Of a DNA stretch of 64,000 bases, positions 57,561-64,000 are shown piece by piece (position 1 is the first letter of the stretch; each line of letters begins with the position of its first letter). The notes under the pieces are model-generated. The model had not been told where the DNA came from, did no database searches, and worked only from the letters and a program-made list of their open reading frames with translations. Position numbers and translations under genes: made by a program. Source of the stretch: Clostridia bacterium (GTDB lineage Bacteria; Bacillota; Clostridia; TANB77; CAG-465); the NCBI GenBank assembly GCA_045536565.1, contig JAZSNU010000011.1, positions 49,335 to 113,334 on the forward strand, given 5' to 3'.

Positions 57561-58025
57561 ATGAGAATTCGTTTATTTAATAAAAAAGATTTAGAAGAAG
57601 CTACACAGCTTATATTAATTTCATATAAAAAAGAAGATAAGAAAAATAAATGGACAAAAGAGATGGCGGAAAAATATATTCTTATGCATTTTAGAATGAA
57701 TAAAGATTTGTGCTTTGTTGCAACAGAAAATAATAAAATTATCGGAATAGGACTATGTATAGTTAAACCTAGTTATAATAAAGAGATAATAGATTCACAT
57801 ATATTAATAGTCCATCCCGATTATAGGAGGAAAAAGATCGCTACCAAACTGTTAAAAAAGATAATTGACAAAGCAAGTAATAAGTATGGTATTGATGAAA
57901 TTGAAAGTAGTGTAACATCTTTAACGAATTTTCCAATAGCATGGTATGAGAGCATTGGATTTAAAGAGAAAAAACATTACACACTTATTAAGGCAAATAT
58001 TCAACATGTTTTAAAGTCTATATAA
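57561..58025 (+). CDS. GNAT-family N-acetyltransferase
   Basis: HPDYRRKKIATKLLKKI motif A (R-x-x-G-x-A/G variant) and a length of about 154 aa. Confidence 0.6.
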   Translation: MRIRLFNKKDLEEATQLILISYKKEDKKNKWTKEMAEKYILMHFRMNKDLCFVATENNKIIGIGLCIVKPSYNKEIIDSHILIVHPDYRRKKIATKLLKKIIDKASNKYGIDEIESSVTSLTNFPIAWYESIGFKEKKHYTLIKANIQHVLKSI

Positions 58026-58032
58026 TATATAG

Positions 58033-58998
58033 TTATACTCCTGCAAACATTGCTACAACAACATAACCGTATATAGAACTTTTTGATATTCCTATACCAA
58101 CATAGTTGTATGATGTGGATAAAAGATTTTCTCTATGAGTAGAAGAATTTATCCACGAATTTACAGCGGCTTCTAGACTTGGATTTCCAGCAATATTTTC
58201 TCCTGCCGTTTTATAACTTAGTCCATAATTTTTCATCATTTCAAATGGAGAGCCATAAGTAGGAGATGTATGTGAAAAATATTCTTTTGTTGTCATATCT
58301 TGTGCTTTTAGTCTTGATATTTTTAATAATTTTGAGCCCATACTAAGTTTAGATACGCCATTTTTTGCTCTGTAATCATTAATTAGATTAAGAACATATT
58401 GTTCGTCCTCTGTTCCAACTATTCCTGTATTTGAATTTGTGCTTGTGTTAGTATTTGCAGAGCTTCCTGATACGGTAACATAGTCTTTACTAATCATACC
58501 AACAGTATTATCTGATGTTATAGTTAAATAGAAGTTATTAATAGTTCCAATTATTTTTATACTTGTTCCTTTGGTAAGTTTTGTTATTTTTGCAAAGTTA
58601 GTTCCAGGACCTCTTCTTAAATTAACACTATCACCAGATACAGTTGCAAGTTTTGAACCGATGTTAGTATATGTGGATGCACCTTTGGGAGCAGCAGAAC
58701 TAGATTTTACATAATCTTTGCTAACATAACCTACTTGATTATTACCTAGTTGGACAATATAGAAATTACCAGATTCGCCAACCATTTTAACACTAGTTCC
58801 TTTTGAAAGAACTGTAATTACAGATGAACTAGTAGTAGGTTTTGTTCTAAAATTAGTTCTATCTGTTAATGTACCATATTTGGGATTTAAACTTTTAACT
58901 GTTGTATATGCAAAAACATTGGAACACAAAAATATGCATATAACAAGAAATATAAATGTTATTTTGCTATATTTCATCTTTTTAAATATTTTGTTCAT
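58033..58998 (-). CDS. Secreted protein with a signal peptide, two SH3b domains and a C-terminal CAP/SCP (YkwD-like) domain
   Basis: N-terminal signal sequence. Two ~65-aa repeats GT..D..NFR..P.TSS.VI..L.KGTS.K..G..NNFY are SH3b. The C-terminus YSHTSPTYGSPFEM...GENIAGNP...STHRENLLS matches CAP-domain motifs. Confidence 0.65.
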   Translation of the reverse strand: MNKIFKKMKYSKITFIFLVICIFLCSNVFAYTTVKSLNPKYGTLTDRTNFRTKPTTSSSVITVLSKGTSVKMVGESGNFYIVQLGNNQVGYVSKDYVKSSSAAPKGASTYTNIGSKLATVSGDSVNLRRGPGTNFAKITKLTKGTSIKIIGTINNFYLTITSDNTVGMISKDYVTVSGSSANTNTSTNSNTGIVGTEDEQYVLNLINDYRAKNGVSKLSMGSKLLKISRLKAQDMTTKEYFSHTSPTYGSPFEMMKNYGLSYKTAGENIAGNPSLEAAVNSWINSSTHRENLLSTSYNYVGIGISKSSIYGYVVVAMFAGV

Positions 58999-59123
58999 TA
59001 TATATCACCTCATTTGATTATTAATAATATATATGTATAACTTGTACAATTTATTCCATTAATTTTAAAATATGTATAAAATTTCCAAATATATAAATAA
59101 TAAATATAAAGAGGTGAATAATT

Positions 59124-60337
59124 TGAAGTTAATAGATGGAAATTTATATTTTAAGAAAATAAGTAAAAACAACATGCAATATCAGTATCTAAATCAAAAC
59201 ATATCATGTGATGTACTTATAATAGGTGCAGGTGTAAGTGGAGCAATAACAGCATATTATATGGCAGAAGAAGGATATGATGTTGTTTTAATAGATAAAA
59301 ATATAGTTGGATATGGAAGTACTAGTTCTAATGTTGGAATACTAGACACACAATTAGGAATAGAAGTAAGTAAACTAGTAAAAAGTATTGGTGAAAAGAA
59401 AACTAAAAAGTGTAGTACATTAATGTTAGATAGTATAGAAGAATTAAAGAAGATAGTATCAAAACTAGGAAATAAAAATAGTATTAATTTTAAGAAGTTA
59501 AATTCGTTATATTACACAGATAAATTTATGAACAAAAATGGAATTATAAAAGAATATAACACAAAAATAAATTTGGGAATATGTACAAATTTTATAACAG
59601 AAAATAGTATTATAGATTTAAAATATGGTATAGAGCAAAAAAACGCTAGTGCTACTATGAATGTGTATGAATTTACAAAAGAAATTGTAAATTATATATC
59701 TAAAAAAGAAAATGTTAGAGTATATGAAAATACAGAGGCTTGTGATATAAAAAGTAAGGATGATTATATAAAGATAACAACTAGTAATGATTTTAAAATA
59801 AAAGCAAATAAGGTTATAATTACAGAGGGTGCAGAAGTAGTTAAATATTTTCCGGAAATATCTATTGATTTGTATAAAACATATAATATAGTTACAGAAC
59901 CTATTGAAAACCTTAATAATTATGCTCTTGATTTTACAGCGAGAAATATGGATGTCCCTTTTAATTATCTAAGATTTACAGATGATAATAGAATAATATT
60001 TGGAGGACAGATAACAAAAGTTACAGATAAAGAATTAAATGAAGAAACTTCAAAGCAAATAGCAAATGTAAGATATAGAAAGTTGTTTAAAACACTTCAA
60101 GAAACTTTCTATAACCTAAAAGATATAACGGTTAAGTATTGTTTTAGTGGTATATTTGCAGAAACAAAAGATTCACTTCCAATTATTGACGAATTACCTG
60201 GTTTGCCTAATGTATATTGCAATTTATCTTATGGAATAAATGGAATACTTTTTTCTGTAATAGGTGCAAAAATGTTAAAAGAAATAAACAGAGAATATTA
60301 TGCAAGAGATATGCATATGTTTGGAATAAAGAGATAG
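59124..60337 (+). CDS. FAD-dependent oxidoreductase (DadA/glycine-oxidase-like)
   Basis: Probable TTG start at 59124 after AAGAGGTG. The dinucleotide-binding motif DVLIIGAGVSGAITAY...DVVLIDK is present. Confidence 0.6.
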
Positions 60338-60460
60338 AAGGATAAGTGGTAGGAATATAAAAAGTAATATTCTTGCCTTTTTATTTTTTATAAGTATATT
60401 ACCTTGAATATTTTTTTCTAATATAGTAGTATATAGGTATAAGTTTGAGGGGGATGTAGC

Positions 60461-61075
60461 ATGTCAAATCCAGGTAAGTTATATAGCATTTCGTCAGTAT
60501 TTTTTGGAGTGGTTTCTGTTTTAACTTCGTTCATATTTTTTATAGGTTTTCCAGCAGCAGTTTTAGGAATAACTTTTGGTTTTTTTGCAGTTAGAAGATA
60601 TTACAGAAAATCTGGTACAACTGCAATTATACTAGGAATTATAGGTATAATAATTACAATAATTGTCTTTGTAAATATAGTAAGTGCTTTAAATGTAGAT
60701 AGTTTAATTGCAGGTAAATGGAATGCTGAAACAGGAGAAAGAATGGAGTTCTCAGATAGAGGTGCATATGTTTGGTATCCAGATAATTCAAATTTAAATG
60801 AATATTCAAATGGATATTATGAATTATCGTCAGGGATATATAAAAATGGGAGAAAATATACAATGGGATATACAGTAACATTAAAACAAGCTAAATATAC
60901 AACTATAAGTGGAACTGATGAATTACAACTTACCCAAAAATGGCTTATATATACACCAGATGAAGAAGTTTTAGAAAGCGGAAGTGATAACTACGAAATG
61001 ATGAATTTAGATACTGGTAGAGTAGTAAAGATAACAAAAGAAAAAACCAAATTGTTTGGAATATTTAGTATATAA
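60461..61075 (+). CDS. Membrane protein with an N-terminal DUF4190-like two-TM region and an extracellular domain
   Basis: Two Gly-rich TM helices (GFPAAVLGITFGFFAV, AIILGIIGIIITIIVF), then a soluble domain. Confidence 0.45.
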   Translation: MSNPGKLYSISSVFFGVVSVLTSFIFFIGFPAAVLGITFGFFAVRRYYRKSGTTAIILGIIGIIITIIVFVNIVSALNVDSLIAGKWNAETGERMEFSDRGAYVWYPDNSNLNEYSNGYYELSSGIYKNGRKYTMGYTVTLKQAKYTTISGTDELQLTQKWLIYTPDEEVLESGSDNYEMMNLDTGRVVKITKEKTKLFGIFSI

Positions 61076-61099
61076 TGGGGTGTTTTATATGGGAAGAAG

Positions 61100-62303
61100 G
61101 AAAAAATATAAAGTAAATTACAGCAAACTAATATTTTCATTATTGATAATTGCTGCTTTGACCATAGGTATAGTATTTGCAATAAAAGCTATTGCAAATA
61201 CTGATAATGTAGATATATATTTATATGAAGAAAATGATAGTGAAGAGCCAGAAGTACCAAAAGAACCAGAAGAGTATACATTAAAAATTAGTGCGGGTGG
61301 AGATTTGCTAATACATGATACAGTTTTTAAATCAGTAAAAAATTCCGATGGTACATATAATTTTGACCCTATATTTGCAGATATAAAATATATATTTGAA
61401 GAAGCTGATTTATCATTAATAAATTTAGAAGTACCTGTTGCAGGGAATATATATGCACCTTCTAATTATCCTAATTTTAATAGTCCAGTAGAACTTTTAG
61501 ATGGTGTTAAAAACATGGGAGTAGATATAGTATCTACTGCAAATAACCACGCATTAGATAAAGGCCTTAATGGTCTTAACGAGACTATAAAAAATGCTCA
61601 GGAAAGAGAAATTGGGGTTGTAGGAACATATCTTACAGAAGATACAAAACCTTTAATAATCGAAAGAAACAATATAAAAGTTGGTGTTGCAGCATATACA
61701 TATGGAACAAATGGTATACCTATTCCAAGTTCGGCTCCATATTGTGTAAATATAATTAACAAAGATGCAATGAAAAGTGATATAGACTATATGAATGAGC
61801 AAGGTGTAGATTTTAAAATATTCTTAATGCATTTTGGACAGGAATATCAAACTACTCAAAATAGCAGTCAAGAAGATTTGGCTAATTTCCTTGTAAACAA
61901 TGGAGTAGATATAGTGTTCGGTTCACATCCACATGTTCCTCAGCCATATGAAATAAAAAATGTAACATTAGAAGATGGAACAGAAAAACAAGCCTTTGTT
62001 ATATATTCACTTGGTAATTTTGTATCACATCAAGCTGATTATTATACAAAACTAGGTGCAGTTGCGTCAGTTACTGTATCTAAAAAAGGTGAAGAAAAGA
62101 AATTAGTTGAACATAAAGTAACACCTATATATACATATATAAAAACAATAAGTGGAAGAAAACAATTTAAAGTTGTCCCACTAGAAAAAGCTATATACGA
62201 ATATGATAATGGGGTTACAACTTATTCTGCTAGCGAGTATAATAGTTTTAAAAAAATGCTAACAGACACAAGTTCTATATATGATAAATTAAATAATAAT
62301 TAA
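61100..62303 (+). CDS. CapA/PgsA-family (poly-gamma-glutamate capsule synthesis-like) metallophosphoesterase
   Basis: I set the start at the ATG at 61100 after GGGGTG. It has an N-terminal TM. VSTANNHALDKG and a GSHPHV motif are typical of CapA/YwtB. Confidence 0.65.
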
Positions 62304-62304
62304 T

Positions 62305-63606
62305 ATGGAGGAAAGTGTGAATAACAAAATACATAGTAATGAAATAGATAAATTAATAGATGATGTATCACAAAAATTTGGTTATGAGGAAGAGTTAAAT
62401 TCTGCTCTAAAAAGAATAGTTCCATATATGATAGATGGAAAAAGTGAAGAAGTTAAGAGTATGTTGTTTGATACTTTAAATAGAGTGAAAATTTTTGTTT
62501 TACCATATGGAGCAAACAGAGAAGATATAGAAAAATGTCAAAATGAAATATTTGTAAAGCAGAATGTAACTTTTGTAGAACCGGATAGAGGAGAATATGA
62601 TAACGGTGATGCAAAAGGTGGCTATGTAGATGAAGCTATTTTTGATGAAAATATGAATATAGTAGGTAGGCAAAGTTATATTGCTATAACAAAATTATCA
62701 AAATATTCAGATATAGCTAAAATTTATGATACAGATATTAATCTGAGCCATTTAATACACGAACTAGGACATGCTTGGGCTGCTGAAAAAGATGAGTTTG
62801 TGCAAAAAGAAAATGGTGATTATGTCTGTAATATTGGCACATATACACCTGAGTATAAAGTGGATAAACAAAACAGAATTTCCACTAGGATAAGCAATGA
62901 TGGAATGATGATAGAGGATGCATTAAATACTATCCAAGAGGAAGATGTATTGTGTAGGGTGCTTAACATAAACAGCATTGATCAAATTAAGTTTAAAGGA
63001 TATATACCTTCTAGTTATCATGGACTTATAGCAGATTTAATGAAAAGTTATGTAGTAAAATATGGAGAAGAAAGTTTTGAAGAATATAGATATTTTAAAA
63101 ATAAAGAAACTATAAAAAGTATAGAACAATCACTTGAAGAAACAGAAGCATGGTCATATATGCAGACAGATGATTATAAAAAATACAAAAAAGGAAAAAT
63201 TAATAAGGTAAATGAACTAGATATAACAGATGGAGCTAAGCGATTAATAAATAATTTGTTCGAAAAATATGAAGAAGAATATTTCCCTGATAATTCAAAA
63301 TTTACTCCTATGCAAAAATTAGAAAATGTTTTTATGCAAATTATAAATTTTGGAAGTGTAAAATATAATATTGATATCAAAAATTTAAAGAATAGTGAAA
63401 TATATAATCAAGTAGTATATTCAATGATAAATGAAGGATATGTGATGAAAAATCAAGCAAAAGAAATAATTAAAGAAGATAATACAAAAGAGGAAAGTGC
63501 TTTTATAAATGAACTAAAATCAAGTGTGAAGACAGCCGGAAAAGCAGATCTAGAAAATAAAAAGGTAGGAAATATGGTTGAAAATAAACAATATGAAAGC
63601 AGATAG
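62305..63606 (+). CDS. Hypothetical protein (433 aa)
   Basis: RBS GGAGG is upstream. A possible HExxH-like LIHELGHAW could indicate a zincin-like metallopeptidase, but that is weak. Confidence 0.4.
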   Translation: MEESVNNKIHSNEIDKLIDDVSQKFGYEEELNSALKRIVPYMIDGKSEEVKSMLFDTLNRVKIFVLPYGANREDIEKCQNEIFVKQNVTFVEPDRGEYDNGDAKGGYVDEAIFDENMNIVGRQSYIAITKLSKYSDIAKIYDTDINLSHLIHELGHAWAAEKDEFVQKENGDYVCNIGTYTPEYKVDKQNRISTRISNDGMMIEDALNTIQEEDVLCRVLNINSIDQIKFKGYIPSSYHGLIADLMKSYVVKYGEESFEEYRYFKNKETIKSIEQSLEETEAWSYMQTDDYKKYKKGKINKVNELDITDGAKRLINNLFEKYEEEYFPDNSKFTPMQKLENVFMQIINFGSVKYNIDIKNLKNSEIYNQVVYSMINEGYVMKNQAKEIIKEDNTKEESAFINELKSSVKTAGKADLENKKVGNMVENKQYESR

Positions 63607-63627
63607 AGTAGTATTTTAAAAAATTAG

Positions 63628-63656
63628 TTGACAAAATATATAACAGAGTGTATAAT
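63628..63656 (+). promoter_or_regulatory. SigA-type promoter upstream of ylxM
   Basis: TTGACA at 63628-33, 17-nt spacer, TATAAT at 63651-56. A hairpin tgtaaagc..gctttaca plus T-run follows immediately (63659-63690). Confidence 0.5.
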
Positions 63657-63711
63657 AGTGTAAAGCAAAAACGCTTTACACTATTTTCTTGGTAATTGAG
63701 GTAGAAATATT

Positions 63712-64000
63712 ATGGAGAAAAATTTAGAGTTTACTCAGTTATATGAAATATATGGACAAATGTTAACTGCTCGTATGCAAGATATATTTGAGCAATATTA
63801 TTATTCTGATTTATCTCTAAGAGAGATAGCAGCAAATAATAATATATCATATCAAGCAGTAAACGATTCTATAAAAAAATCTGAAAAGCAATTACTAGAA
63901 TATGAAAAAAATATAAAGGCATTGGAAATGAAACAAGATGTATTGTATTTAATAGAAAATAGTAACAATTCAAAAGAGATTGATAAAATAGCTAGGAAAT
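63712..64000 (+). CDS. ylxM: YlxM/p13-like putative DNA-binding protein (UPF0122), 3' end outside the window
   Basis: MEKNLEFTQLYEIYGQMLTARMQDIFEQYYYSDLSLREIAANNNISYQAVNDSIKKSEKQLLEYE closely parallels B. subtilis YlxM, which precedes ffh. RBS GAGGTAG is upstream. Confidence 0.7.
   Translation, partial: MEKNLEFTQLYEIYGQMLTARMQDIFEQYYYSDLSLREIAANNNISYQAVNDSIKKSEKQLLEYEKNIKALEMKQDVLYLIENSNNSKEIDKIARK

Noticed and set aside
60654-61182. Minus-strand ORFs 60654-60881 and 60991-61182
   Set aside because: Antisense to the DUF4190 and CapA genes.
1-64000. CRISPR arrays, rRNA genes and IS/transposase or integrase genes
   Set aside because: I saw no regularly spaced direct repeats and no rRNA-like conserved blocks. 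No transposase or integrase motifs (DDE, tyrosine-recombinase R-H-R-Y) appeared in any ORF.

Overview
This 64 kb window is very AT-rich (about 27-29% GC by eye). Codon usage, Shine-Dalgarno sites and gene content (spoIIID, yabP/yabQ/divIC, yqfC/yqfD, an agr system, MurB-YvcK, RuvC, FtsY, EngB, Era-RecO, YlxM) point to a spore-forming Clostridia-class Firmicute chromosome. Most of it is housekeeping: four aminoacyl-tRNA synthetases (serS, proS, hisS, glyQS), clpE, ftsY, era, recO, cdd, ybeY and one tRNA-Trp. Several accessory-looking modules sit between these genes. (1) At 21.0-23.2 kb a radical-SAM/SPASM maturase is translationally coupled to a 55-aa Cys-rich precursor peptide that the ORF track misses, with an adjacent Cys/His protein. 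This is a candidate sactipeptide/ranthipeptide-type RiPP cluster and my best candidate for an undescribed system. (2) At 29.1-32.1 kb an agr-type quorum-sensing locus has agrB-agrD convergent with agrA-agrC, and the agrD reading frame is broken in a poly-A run. (3) At 38.8-47.3 kb a single-module NRPS (C-A-T-R, aldehyde-releasing) sits downstream of archaeal-type proS, overlaps an orphan 7TM-PAS histidine kinase, and is followed by an S51 peptidase. (4) At 36.4-38.6 kb there is a J-domain / NUDIX / zeta-toxin-family kinase / small-ORF cluster. (5) At 14.1-18.1 kb a tRNA-Trp-adjacent islet carries tandem paralogous alpha/beta hydrolases. (6) At 54.9-55.2 kb a promoter-driven structured non-coding region lies after recO. 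All functional calls rest on motif recognition by eye; I ran no database search.
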